Shown one piece after another: positions 29,677-43,570 of a DNA stretch of 64,000 bases. The translations under genes and the position numbers were made by a program. Each line of letters begins with the position of its first letter. The stretch's first letter is position 1. Below the pieces are notes generated by a model that was not told where the DNA came from, did not search any database, and saw only the letters and a list, made by a program, of their open reading frames with translations. Location of the stretch: NCBI RefSeq assembly GCF_006345805.1, contig NC_043019.1, forward strand, positions 32,611,360-32,675,359. Direction: 5' to 3'. The DNA comes from Octopus sinensis (Eukaryota).

Positions 29677-30459
29677 TATATGCAGAGACCCCATTTGGTC
29701 ATGACTGACTATGGGATTGCACCTAGAAAGTTACCCTCCCAGGCAAGCCAAAATGGACAAATGGAGTTTGGTGTAGCCCTCCACCTTGCCAGCTTCTTTG
29801 GTACCATCCAACCCGTCAATATGGAAGACGAATGCCAAATGAAGAAGGAGGAGAAGGAAAAGAAGAAAAAGAAGATGATGATGATGATGATGATATTAGG
29901 GGAAGGATGTACTTTATAAAGTAAAGAAACTGACTTTGGAGGAACAAGAATTATGAATCATTGCAAAAGTTGGAATTTGAGTTTTCCTAGTTTACGAAAA
30001 AAAAAAAAAGAGAAAATTAAAAAAATTCTTTGTCCTTTTATTGTTAACGAGAAAAAATTGACCAAGTACACAGTCATACAATTAGCCTAATTAGATTGAA
30101 GTTAGAGAGCACAGAAGAAAAAAATGGAGGTTGACTTCATGATAATGATTTAGTGAAAAGAAACTGTAAAAGCGAATGTGTGTGTATGTGTATGAGTGTG
30201 TGTGTATGTATGTGTATATATATTTACATCTCTGTATGGATACAAACACACACACAAACACATCTGTATATGTATGTATGTATAAATGTATGTGAATATA
30301 TTTGTGCTTGTGTACATACATGTATGCATGTATATATGTGTGTGTGTTTGTGTGTGTGTACCTGTATGTATATGTTTGACCAGTTCTGCATGTTTGTGTA
30401 TTAAATATGTGTTTGTATGTGTATGTGTCTATAAATTTGCATATTTGTATGAATACATA

Positions 30460-30515
30460 CATACACATACATACATACATATGTACATACATACATACAT
30501 ACATACATACATACA

Positions 30516-30546
<31 letters not shown>

Positions 30547-30590
30547 GTACAACATACATACATACATACATACATACATACATACATACA

Positions 30591-30621
<31 letters not shown>

Positions 30622-30623
30622 CA

Positions 30624-30654
<31 letters not shown>

Positions 30655-30667
30655 GTACATACATACA

Positions 30668-30699
<32 letters not shown>

Positions 30700-30982
30700 C
30701 ATACATATGTACATACATACATACATCATACATACATACATACATACATACATACATACATACATACATACATACATACATACATACATACATACATACA
30801 TACTACATACATACATACATACATACATACATAATACATACATACATACATACATACATACACATACATACATACATAATACATACATACATACATACAT
30901 ACATACATACATACATACATACATACATAATACATACATACGTACGTACGTACATACATACATACATACATACATACATACA

Positions 30983-31012
<30 letters not shown>
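30460..31012. repeat. (TACA)n tetranucleotide array; others about 11368-11462, 39440-39600, plus (TCTA)n at about 49195-49460 and (TAGA)n at about 48445-48553
   Basis: Seen directly. Confidence 0.97.
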
Positions 31013-31018
<6 letters not shown>

Positions 31019-31292
31019 TATATAGTGTGTATGTACCTGTATGTATATGTTTGTGCAGTTGTTGTGCATGTTTGTCTATGTAAATATATGTGTTTGTGAG
31101 TGTGTTGTGTGTATGTGTGTGTGTGTCCCCTGCAGCTTTCGAAGAAAAGCCCCACAAAGAAGAGTTAATGTAATCAGTTAGAATGGAATGGGCAAAACAA
31201 GCTGAAACTGAAGTGGATGAGACATTGTCCCAGACGTAGACAAGGGGCCAGAGAAACAATGTAACTTGGAAAAAATGTAGTAGTAGTAGTAA

Positions 31293-31334
<42 letters not shown>

Positions 31335-32866
31335 CTGTAGTAGTGATGGTGGTAGTTGTAGTGACGGTGGTGGCAGTAGTGGTGGTGGAAGCGATGGTGG
31401 TAAAAGTGATGGTGGTGGAAGCAATGGTGGTGGTAGCAGTAGTGGTGGTGGTTTTGGTAGTTGTACTGACTAATAAATTGTCATCATCATCATCATAATC
31501 ATCATTATTATTATTAGTAGTAGTAATAGTAGTAGTAATAGCAGCAGCAGCAGTAGTAGTTACAGTGAGGGCAAATATGACAATAATTGTGGAACATTTC
31601 AGAGAAAAGAGCTGTAGATTAAATGAAGCATTTACACAGGCACACACACACACACACACACACACACAACCCCCCCACATACATATACACACACAACCTC
31701 CCCCCACGCACATACATACGCATGGTAGAAGGGTGTGTAGCTGTGGTAGTGGTGGTGGCAGTAGTGGTGGAAGTGTATGGTGCTCAATCAATTAGTGCGC
31801 TTAAAATAGTTCTTTCAGGGAAACAGGGGTTGTTGGGGGTTTGGAAGAGGGTTTTCGTTTCAAGAGTTGAGGCAGGGTAAGAGATAGATAAAAATAAATC
31901 TATAGATAATTTTAAAATACATGTTAAAATAAATCTAAAGATAAATTTAAAATATATATTAAAATAAATATATAAATTAGAAATAAATGTTAAAATAAAT
32001 CTAAAGATAAATATATAAAAAAAACGATAAACACCACCCTTTCCAAGCCTAGCCAGGTTCATGGGCCTGGTTTCCTGGTTTCTGTGGTGTATGTATTCCC
32101 CCCCAGCTGGATGGGACACCAGTCCATCGCAGCGTTACTCAAGAAATAGGAAGAGAGAGTGAGAAAAAGTTGTGGCGAAATAGTACAACAGGGGTCGCCA
32201 CCACCCGTTGCCGAAGCCTCATGGAGCTTTTAGATGTTTTTGCTCAATAAACACACACAACGCCCGGTCTGGGAATTGAAACTGCGATCCTCCGATCGTG
32301 AGTCCGCTGCCCTAACCACTGGGCCATTGCGCCTCCACAAAGATAAATATATAGGTAAATTAAAAATATATTAAAATAAATATATAGATAAATTAGATAT
32401 AAATGTTAAAATAAATATATAAATTAGAAATAAATGTTAAAATAAATCTAAAGATAAATTTAAAATATATATCCGGTGTCATTGGCATGTAAAAGCACCC
32501 ATTACACTCTTAGAGTGGTTAGCATTAGGAAGCACATCCAACCATAGAAAACCATGCCAAATCAGAATGGAGCCTGGCACAGCCTTCCAGCGTGCCAGCC
32601 CAGTCAACCCATGCCAGCATGGACAACAGACATTAAATGATGATGATGATGATGATGATGATTAAAATAAGATTATAGGTAAAATAAAACTAAATGTTAA
32701 AATAGGCGTTGGGGTGGCTGTGTGGTAAATAGCTTGCTTACCAACCACATGGTTCCTGGTTCAGTCCCACTGCATGGCACCTTGGGCAAGTGTCTTCTAC
32801 TATAGCCTCAGGCCGACCTAAGCCTTGTGAGTGGATTTGGTAGACGGAAACTGAAAGAACCCCATC

Positions 32867-32959
<93 letters not shown>

Positions 32960-35429
32960 GTGTGTGTGTGTGTGTGCATGTTTGTGTGTCTGTGTTTTCC
33001 CCCCAACATCGCTTGACAACCAATGCTGGTGTGTTTATGTCCCTGTAACTTAGCGGTTCGGCAAAATAGACTGATAGAATAAGTACTAGGCTTCAAAGAA
33101 TAAGTCCTGGGGTCGATTTGCTCGACTAAAGGCAGTGCTCCAGCATGGCCACAGTCAAATGAGATAAACTAAAGATATATATCAAAATAAATATATTGGT
33201 AAATTAAAAATAAATAGTAAAACAAACATGTACATTAAATATAAGTAGAATAAATTTATATACAAATTAAAAAATGATGTTTTTAAGTAAAGTTATAATA
33301 GTTTTACATTAAGGATCACTCAGTACAGTTAGTAGAGTACATATTTATTATTCATTAACAAGAATAGTGTTGATAGTGACTTCAAAGTTTTGGTCTGCTT
33401 AGCCTTCATGAGGCTGAAACTTCAATGTCACTGTTGACACTATTCTTGCTGAAGAATAGTAAATTAAGAATAAGGCTATAGTAGAAGACACTTGCCCAAG
33501 GTGCCATGCAATGGGACTGAACCCAGGACTGTGTGGTTGGGAAGCAAGTTTCTTACCACACAGCCACGCCTGCATCTATAAATCAAAAATAGATGTTGAA
33601 ATAAATATATAGATAAATAAGCAAAAAATATTAAAAAATTGCCTTAAATTCAATGTATGGTTGCTGTCCACCACAGCTTTGTGAAATTGGCCAGTAACAA
33701 GAATAAAATGATGAGACAAGGCCAGATGGAAGCAACATCAGTCGTGGATCCAATGAATTCAAAGAGACAAGCTAATGAAACCTTTTAAATGCTTTGGAGA
33801 CAAGACGAAGGCAACAAAGGGCCAACAGGATAAACAAAGATATTGACAATGACAACAAGAATAGCAGCAGCACTGCCACACCATCACCACCAGCAACACC
33901 ACCACAGCCAACCTACCACCATCACCACCACCACCACCACAACCACCACCACTACTACAACTGCTGCAATTATAACCATTAAAACCTCCACCACCATCAC
34001 TTCAGCATCACCATCAAAACTATTACCAGTACTATTAGTATCATATCAGTACCAGAACCACCAGAACCACCACCATCACCATCACCATCACCACCACCAC
34101 TACCACCACCACTTATCACAACCACCACCACCACCACCACAACCACCACCACCACCATCACCATCACCATCACCACCACCACTACCACCACCACCACAAC
34201 CACCACCACCACCACCACCACCATCACCATCACCACCACCACCACAACCACCACCACCACCATCACCATCACCATCACCACCACCACCACCACCACAACC
34301 ACCACCACCACCACCACCACCACCACCACCACCACCACCACCACCACCACCACCACCACCATCACCACTAGAACCATCACCACCATTTGCACTGCTCCAC
34401 CACCATCAAAACCACTACCAGTACTATCAGTATTATATCAGTACCAGAACCAGCACCATCCCTACCACCACAAAAACCACCACTAGCTACTACAGCCTGT
34501 ACAGTCATTATTATATCTATCATAAATCCAGACCCTTGTACTCACCTACCACATTGCTTTCAAACAGAATTCACAAAAGACGTACATGATGGTGTCACTA
34601 ATGGAAAAAAAAACCTTCCAGATGTCCCATTTTTACTTCTATTGACATCATTTAAGCTTTTAACTCTGATCCATTATTATCCACCATCATCCTCGTTGTC
34701 ATCATCATCGTCATTGTTGTCATCACTGTCATCATCAATGTTGTTTAATGTCTCTTTTCCATGCTAGTATGGGTTGGAAGGTTTGACAGGAGCCAATGAT
34801 TCGAAGAACTGCACCAAACTCCAATGACTGCTTTGGCATCGTTTTCTATGACTGGACGTCCTTCCTAATGCTAACCCAACTGGGGACCCAAGGGGCAGCA
34901 CGTGCATCCCTCAAGAAAAGAAGTGCACCCTTCTAAATAATGTTATTATGACCTTTTCTCCTGGAATTCTATTCGCTTCTGACCTTGTGCCCTCCCTTCC
35001 AAAAATTCCTGGGACCATACCTGTGGTGCTTTGTATGTGGTACTAGCACCAGTGAGGTCACCAAGTAACTCACAAGACAAGATCCCTCAACTGAGGGAGG
35101 TGGTTTTATGCCAAGTGATAAGAGGTTTAAGTAAGATGGAGGGACAGAAACAGACAACTCGTAATAGAGGAGATACATGGCAATACATTCATGAAACAGG
35201 TACTTAACACTGTATTAAACAAAAAACCCTCAAAATATTAAGTAGGAAATTACCTATCAGTCTTCCAGTAAATTTTTCGAATGGTGTATGACAGGGATCT
35301 ATGCTTACACCCACTTTTTCAACCTATAATCACACAACCTTCCCACATCTTCACAAAACATACAAACAACTTCATTCAAACATGATATCATACAGTCATT
35401 GTTTCATGATTCCTGACTCATTATTATTA

Positions 35430-36780
35430 TTAAGGCAGTGGAGCTGGCACAAATGTAAATATGCCGGGAAAAATGCTTAGCGGTATTTCATCTGCTACTA
35501 CGTTCTGGGTTCAAATTCCGCAGAGGTTGACTTTGCCTTTCATCCTTCTGGACTCGATGAAATAAGTACAAGTTATGCACTGGGGTTGATGAAATCGACT
35601 TGTCCCCCACACAAATTTCAGGCCTTGTGCCTACTTTAGAAAGGATTATTATTAAAATATATCTGTAATTTACAGTGTATCTCTTAACATTATTTAACAC
35701 TACAAAAAAGGTGGAAAGCTAGCAGAATCGTTAGCATGCTGGGCGAAATGCTTAGCAGTATGTCACCTGCTGTTATGTTCTGAGTTCAAATTCTGTCAAC
35801 ATCGACTTTGCCTTTCATCCTTTTGGGGTTGATAAATTAAGTAACAGTTGTGTACTGGGGTCGATCTAATCAACTGGCCCCCTTCCCCAAAATTTCAGGC
35901 CTTGTACCAAGAGCAGAAAGGATTATTTAACACTACAAAGGTAACAAGCTGGCCGAATTGTTATCACACTGGCCAAAACAAGCTTAGTGGCATTTCTCTA
36001 GGCTTTATGTTCTGAGTTCAAATTCTGCCAAGGTTGACTTTGACTTTCATCCTTTCGGGGTTGATAAATTAAGTACCAGTTGTGTACTGGGGTCGATCTA
36101 ATCAACTGGCCCCCTTCCCCAAAATTTCAGGCCTTGTGACTATAGTAGAAAGGATTATTTTGGGGTTGATAAAATAAGTACAAATCAAGTACTGGCGTTG
36201 ATGTAATCGAATTGCTCCATTATTATTATCATCATCATCATCATCATTTAACGTTCGTTTTCCATGCTGGCAGGGTTGGACGGTTTGACTGGGGACTGGC
36301 AAGCCAGGAGGCCGCACCAGGCTCCAATCTGATCTGGCAGTGTCTCTACAGCTGGATGCCCTTCTTAATGCTAACCACTCCAAGAGTGTAGTGGGTGTTT
36401 TTTACATGCAACCAGCACAGGAGCCAGTTGGGGTGGGGGCCAGCATCGACCATGTTCAGATGGTGATTTTTACATGCCACCAGCACGGGGAACCAGTCAG
36501 TTGGTACTAGCAATGACCCACCCCAAAATTTCAAAATTTACCCCCTTGTTCTTATAGCAGGGAAAACTATAAGGGAGCAGACTGGCAGCATTATTAGCCT
36601 GCTGGACAAAATGCTTAGCCATATTTCTTCCATATGTTTTACATTCTGAGTTCAAATGCTGTTGAGGTTGAATCTTGCCTCTCATCCTTTCAGGGTTGAC
36701 AAAATAAAGTGCTAGTCAAGTACTGGGGCCAATATAACTGACTCACCTCCTACCACCATAAAATGATTGGTCTTGAGCCA
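35430..36780 (+). mobile_element. Cluster of family B SINE copies (others at about 26430-26660, 44200-44390, 60610-60845 -, 63728-64000)
   Basis: Repeated gagctggcagaa..gttagca..gaaatgcttagc..gagttcaaattc..ctttgcctttcatcc motif. Confidence 0.75.
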
Positions 36781-37406
36781 AAAATGGAAAGAATTATTTG
36801 ACACTTCAGCCAGTAGTGACAAAATAAATACACCAGCTATCTCGTTTCACAATATTATGGACCCTTGCGAACAATTTGCTTCGTATTGGTTCAGCTGAAC
36901 TTTCTGAGGTAGCTTTGCTATCGTTTAGTTGTGGTTGATGTTGTAGTGATGGTAGTAGCAGTGTCAACAATTTTGGCAATCCTGCAGCTCCTTACTGCTA
37001 TAGAACATCATGAGATAATGAGGGTGGTGCTTGTGGTGGAATGGTTCCCTTGTGCCCCTGATAATCTACTGATGCTGTTGTTCATGTTGACTGAGCTACT
37101 GATGTTTCAGCTATTTAATTAATAAGGTGTCAGACTTGGGAATTCTTTGCTGATGTTGAATTAACATCCAATAATCTTATCACTTCTTCTCTTGTTATGT
37201 TTTCCTACTGCTATTGTTATTATTATAGTTCTGTCAATTCTTCTTTTTTTTTATTCTGTATATCAGCAAGTTGATTCCAAGTTGCCAACAGTGATTTTTA
37301 TCCCTGCTCTCCTTCTGCCATCTGCTATCAACAGAGAAAAAAAAGCAGATATTTGACACACACGTGCAGGAGTGGCTGTGTGGTAAGTAGCTTGCTTACC
37401 ACCACA

Positions 37407-37506
37407 NNNNNNNNNNNNNNNNNNNNNNNNNNNNNNNNNNNNNNNNNNNNNNNNNNNNNNNNNNNNNNNNNNNNNNNNNNNNNNNNNNNNNNNNNNNNNN
37501 NNNNNN
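37407..37506. other. Assembly gap (100 N) truncating a SINE head
   Basis: Run of N directly after gtagcttgcttaccaccaca, followed by a (GT)n-rich tract. Confidence 0.99.
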
Positions 37507-38679
37507 CAGTGGCGCTCCGTTCTGTGACCGTTTTCAGGGCATGCGTGTGTGTGTTGTGTGTGTGTGTGGCGTGTGTTGGTTGTGCACGAAGTGTATGAGT
37601 GTTTGTGCTTTGCGTATGTGTTTGAGTGTGTGTGTTGTGTGTGTGTGTGTATGTTTAAGAGCGTGCGTGTGCAAGCTTGTGTGTGTGTGTCTTTGTGTGT
37701 ACGTTTTTGAGTATGGTGTGTGTGCGTGTGTGCATGTGTGCGTGTGCGCGCGCCGTGTGTGTGTGTGCGTGTGCGTGTGTCTCTGGTGTATGTTTGTGTA
37801 TGTATGTGTGCGTCTGTGCGTGTGTTTGTGTGTGTGTCTTTATATCTATGCATGCATGTGAGAGTGCGTGGTCGCTTAGTCCATGCGATTAAACTTTTAC
37901 GGTAACAGGAATCGATCGAATACATTACGGGCTTCACAAAAGAAAATAATTACCAAAGGTCGATTTATTAGACTAAAAAACCCATCAGGTGTTAAACGAA
38001 ATGTGCCAACCATTCAGCACTCCTTGTTTGTCTTATTCCAACCGTTTGCCATTCTTCCCGAAATAACATTTCGAAGAACCGGGCGACAGCAGCCTCTGGC
38101 GATAATATGAATTACCTCCCTTAACATCATTTTTTCTTCTTGTCTCCCTATGCCGTGTAGTTCCCGGCAACACAAATATATATTTATATATCAACAAATG
38201 ATTTTTATTGTTCTATATATTTGTTTTCTTTCTCTCTTTTCGTTGTTTTAGTTTTATTGAAATTATTCGTTTCATTTCGTTTCTCTCGTTTTGTTTCCGG
38301 GTTTTTTTTTGTTCCTTTCTTTCGTGAGCCTAAGACTTTTTTTTTTTGCATTCAATTTCATTTCACCTTTTGTAAATCTATTTGTTATTGAAATTCCTCT
38401 CTCAGACACGCAAAAGTATTCGTGTAAAATCGTCCGTTTTTCCGTCCTTGTTTCGTATACATTCGAAGATTTTTCCCAAGGAATCTAATGCACTTAGCTT
38501 AGTTTTTCCTTGGGGCTGGCCAAATTGGAGCAATCTCAAGATTAATCAGCCGACGAAATTGCGAAGATGATCCGGTTCTTGACTGAAGATTGAAGGCTTC
38601 GAATTTCCCGTCCGTGTTTTTTGTATCGTCTTCTACATGTTCTACATGTTCTTGTCCCAGTTTGTATTTATTTATACTC

Positions 38680-39085
38680 TCTTTACTCTTTACTTGTTTC
38701 AGTCATTTGACTGCGGCCATGCTAGAGCACCGCCTTTAGTCGAGCAATACGACCCCGGGACTTATTCTTTGTAAGCCCAGTACTTATTCTATCAGTCTCT
38801 TTTGCCGAACCGCTAAGTAACGGAGACGTAAACACACCAGCATCGGTTGTCAAGCAATGCTAGGGGGACAAACACAGACACACAAACACACACACACATA
38901 CATATATATATACATATATACGACGGGTTCTTTCAGTTTCCGTCTACGAAAATCCACTCCAAGGCTTTGGTTGGCCCGAAGCTATAGTAGAAGACACTTG
39001 CCCAAGGTGCCATGCAGTGGGACTGAACCCGGAAAACCATGTGGTTGGTAAGCAAGCTACTTACCACACAGCCACTCCTGCGCCA
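38680..39085 (-). mobile_element. tRNA-headed SINE family A, full length (representative; about 20 full or partial copies, e.g. 5165-5622, 13060-13430, 16650-17052, 32705-33165, 39795-40212, 41855-42258, 50775-51270, 51290-51685, 60230-60600, 61020-61410, 62315-62732)
   Basis: Head ggcgcaggagtggctgtgtggtaag (A box) ... ggttcagtccc (B-box-like); CORE-like ccttgggcaagt; central (TA/CA)n; tail ccagcatggccgcagtcaaatgactgaaacaagtaaaagag. Confidence 0.88.
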
Positions 39086-39089
39086 TATC

Positions 39090-39140
<51 letters not shown>

Positions 39141-39274
39141 CAACTGGGACAAGAACGCAAAACATCTAGAAGACGATATATAGATATATATATTATATAT
39201 ATCTATATATATATATATATATATATAAATACAAACTGGGACAAAACGCAAAACATTTAGAAGACGATATATAA

Positions 39275-39347
<73 letters not shown>

Positions 39348-39499
39348 CTATATACATATATATATATAATATATAATATATATATAATATATATATAACA
39401 TATATATATATATATATACATACATACTACATACACATATACATACATGCATGCATGCATGCATACACACATACATACATACATACATACATACATGCA

Positions 39500-39533
<34 letters not shown>

Positions 39534-40418
39534 CATACATACATGCATACATACATACATACATACAAGCATGCATGCATACACACATGCATACATACAC
39601 ACACATTCCATACATGTTTGTATATACATACATGTACATATTCCGTTGACTTTTAAGTATCCCAATTTGTTATTACTGTTGTTTAGTTGTTATTTAAGTC
39701 CAGGTCCATTATATTATTTAGTATTTATTATATCGTTTGTAGGAAATATAAATTCGGAGAAGAAGCATGCTCTAAGATATAGAACAATTTATATACTCTT
39801 TACTCTTTTACCCTTTTACTTGTTTCAGTCATTTGACTGCGGCCATGCTGGAGCACCGCCTTTAGTCGAGCAAATCGACCCCGGGGCTTATTCTTTGTAA
39901 GCCCAGTACTTATTCTATCGGTCTCTTTGCCGAACCGCTAAGTGACGGGGGCGTAAACACACCAGCATCGGTTGTCAAGCAATGCTAGAGGGACAAACAC
40001 AGACACACAATCATATACACACACATAATACATATATATACATATATACGACAGGCTTCTTTCAGTTTCCGTCTACCAAATCCACTCACAAGGCATTGGT
40101 CGGCCCGGGGCTATAGCAGAAGACTTTGCCCAAGATGCCATTGCAGTGGGACTGAACCCGAACCATGTGGTTGGTTAGCAAGCTACTTACCACACAGCCA
40201 CTCCTGCGCCTATATGTTTGTTTTTAAATTTAAATCTAAAAAATTTTTAAACGAGCCTTCCCCATCTTTAAAATTTTTTTAATGTGTGTGGAGGGGTGTG
40301 TATATATGTATGTATATATGCATGTGTGTGTGTGTGTGTGTGTGGGCGTGTGCTCGTGACAGCACATTCTGATAATGGTATTAACGACGATGTCGAAGGT
40401 GGTGATGAAGGTTGTAAC

Positions 40419-40460
<42 letters not shown>

Positions 40461-40608
40461 GAGGATGATGATGATGGAGATGATGATGATGATGATGATG
40501 GAGATGATGATGATGATGATGATGATGACGTTGATGATGAATAATGATGGTGGTGGTGGTAGTGGTGGTGATGATGATGGTGGTGGTGATGAAGATAATG
40601 ATGATGAA

Positions 40609-40642
<34 letters not shown>

Positions 40643-40741
40643 CTGATGATGAATAATGATGATGCTGGTGATGGTGGTGGTGGTGCTGATGATGGTGGTG
40701 GTGATGATGATGAAGATGATGATGATGATGATGATGGTGAC

Positions 40742-40786
<45 letters not shown>

Positions 40787-42038
40787 GATGATGAGGATGA
40801 TGATGATGACGATGATGATGCTGATGCTGCTGCCGCTGATGATGATGATAGTGACGAGGACGTTGATGATGATGACGATGATGATGACATTGGTGATGAT
40901 GACGACGACGACGATGATGATGATGATGATGTAATGATGGTGATGGTGATGGTGACGACAATTACATTGATGAAGGCCAGTCTGGCTTCATACTAGCAAG
41001 AGGGGATAAACATCCCTCTTTGAATCTTCCTCCAATGCAGCATCACCTGATGAAATGAATCAATGATGATGGTTATCCAGTTGCCCATGGATAATAGGGA
41101 CTATACTGTACTAATCCCAAGGAGACCGACTCTTCATGTCAAAAATCATGTGATTTGTGGAAATGCGCATGTGTACCCAGTGTACCCATCATGACTACCC
41201 GTCTGATAAGGGTTCACTAGGCACATGCATCACAAAAATATGTGCACGACATGATGATCTCATATCAAGATAAACAGCGCATGACCTTGCAGGTGGGCCC
41301 AGTTAGAATTTCTTCTGGTCGAGTGACCCATCCCACTCAATAGGTCCCTGAATAAGGGTTGTTTAAGGATATTGAAAGAAACACCCATGTTTCCAGAGCT
41401 AAATTATTCAAACCCCAAAGAATCCCTCTCAACACATGGCTATGATGCTCCCCAACTACTTCTGCTCGTGATCAGAGATGCACATATCGTCAGCCACTAA
41501 GGGACATGCTCAACTGGTTAAGGCCAAACAACTGACAAGCAAATCTGTGGTATTGAGCAGAATATTTGCTGTAGCCCATCTTTTATACCAAGACAAAACA
41601 ATGTACATGATAACACTTCCAGCCAGTTAAGATCAGGAGCCACGAGAGCCACTACCCGGTACTGTATCATGGCATCTTAGCCATTGTCTGGTACTGCATC
41701 AGATTATGGATGACTAAATTACAACAGGTATAAAGCCCATTGTCTATATTATAGACATTGTTATACCATTCAAAACTTTTTATTCTTTACAAACAATACA
41801 CAATGCTTCAAGCGAACTACAATACTCTCCTATATATATATATATATATATATCTTTTAGTTGTTTCAGTTATTTGACTGTGGCCATGCTGGAGCACCAC
41901 CTTTAGTCGAGCAAATCGACCCCAGGACTTGTTCTTTGTAAGCCTAGTACTCTTTTGCCGAACCGCTAAGTTACGGGGACGTAAACACACCAGCATCGTT
42001 TGTCAAGCGATGTTAGGGGGACAAACACAGACACACAA

Positions 42039-42071
<33 letters not shown>

Positions 42072-42276
42072 CATATATATATACACATATATACGACGGG
42101 CTTCTTTCAGTTTCCGTCTACGAAATCCACTCACAAGGCTTTGGTCGGCTCGAGGCTATAGTAGAAGACACTTGCTCAAGGTGACACGCAGTGGGACTGA
42201 ACCCGGAACCATGTGGTTGGTAAGCAAGCTACTTACCACGCAGCCACTCCTGCACCTATATGTATATATATATATC

Positions 42277-42441
42277 TGAAGGGGTACTTCTGAGTTCTTT
42301 TACAGGGCTTAGAAAAAGCTGAAGGACTGCTGCAATAAGCATGTGAATTTGAGAGGGGAAATATGTTGAACAAAATCATAATTGACTGATTCTCCTGTAT
42401 TTTCTTTTACCCAAAGCCAGGAAATTTTCAGAACCCCTTCA
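42277..42441 (+). mobile_element. Short mariner derivative (3' end of transposase between TIR-like ends)
   Basis: Ends gaaggggtacttctgagtt / aattttcagaaccccttca; GLEKLKDCCNKHVNLRGE-like relic; embedded in TA. Confidence 0.55.
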
Positions 42442-42883
42442 TATTTAGCAAAGAAGACCCGTTCAAAAGAGGAATCTTTTGCAGTGTGCAAGAGAGAAGA
42501 AGGAAATAATGGAGATATATGATGTTATATAGAATATGGCAGTTGGGTAAGGAAGAGTCGGGTGATGCGAGGGATCAAGAAATTTTGAATGACAAGGATG
42601 AAATGGGGGCAAGAATAGTGAGGGTTGGGTTGGCAGAAGATGATCCCAGAAGGAAGAATCTTCTGATAGAGGATAAGGAACTGCAATGAATGGTAAGGCG
42701 TTGTGCTGGAGAAGTGACTTCCAGACTATACAACAATGGAAAAGAGAAAAAAAAAACATAAAAATGGTAATGATGAGTATGTGTGTGTATTCATGTGTTT
42801 GTGTGTGTGTGTGACTGTATATATGTGCATCTAGGCCTATATGCATATGTGCAAATGCATGTGTGTATGAGTGTATATATACA

Positions 42884-42926
<43 letters not shown>

Positions 42927-43038
42927 CTATATATACCGGAGTAAACACATAAATGTGAAACAAGGTGAAGAAAAGAGTACTCAAATACCAGGGGTAGAGT
43001 AATATGCTTTATTTAAAAGCAGCAGAAATTCAGCAAAA

Positions 43039-43073
43039 CCTGTTACTCAGAGTTTCACGTTCCCGTTCGTCGG
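43039..43073 (-). ncRNA. Hammerhead-like motif (5' strand of stem I lost at an inversion junction) in a Penelope-type tail
   Basis: Minus strand reads CCGACGA ACG-GGAA-CGU GAA ACUCUGAGU A ACAGG. Confidence 0.5.
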
Positions 43074-43134
43074 TCCGAGTAACAGGTTTTGATGAATTTC
43101 TGCAGCTTTTAAATAAAGTATATATATATATATA

Positions 43135-43535
43135 CTTGTCCCAAACTTTGGCATTCAAAGTTACCCCAACCGCAGAATGGGGCGCCACTGCATGGTGCCA
43201 AAGATTCCAACATCACCATCAAAAATACAAGTCCAGATACTGCAACAGCTTGGGTTTCAGAGGACCACAGTCTTTAACATCCTCCCTAAATGCCTGAGAG
43301 ACTTACATGGTGTGGATGTGGGTTTCTTTAAAACTAAACTGGATCTCTCTTGTCGGGAGTCCCAGATGAACTACCTCACGACAGGAGACGCAGATGCGGG
43401 CAGCAGCATCGAACTCCTTTGTTGATCAAGTGCCATGTGTCAGGGGGATTCAATTAGTGTAGCATTCAGCGGTGGTGCCCCAGCATGGCTGTGGCCTTCG
43501 GGCTAAAAACATTTTAAAGATTTAAGGATTAAAGG
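43135..43535 (+). mobile_element. CR1/L2-group LINE 3' fragment, frameshifted
   Basis: Mosaic of ORFs 43004 and 43177 gives GRHCMVPKI..SRYCNSLGFRGPQ.FNILPKCLRDLHGVDVGFFKTKLD. The tail is ggtgccccagcatggc..gccttcgggc..aaacattttaaaga. Confidence 0.7.
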
Positions 43536-43566
<31 letters not shown>

Positions 43567-43570
43567 ATAA

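Noticed and set aside
30091-31424. 354-aa and 232-aa MYVC/HTYI-repeat ORFs
   Set aside because: (TACA)n microsatellite translation.
37263-37937. 224-aa ORF spanning X residues
   Set aside because: Crosses the 100-N gap and a (CA)n-rich tract.
38540-38620. CTGAAGA...GAA as another hammerhead
   Set aside because: Could not build a plausible stem II or stem III.
42520-42546. Alternative phase-1 first exon (MMLYRIWQL G|gtaagg)
   Set aside because: Lies in what looks like a degraded purine-rich repeat or LINE fragment with no promoter-like context.
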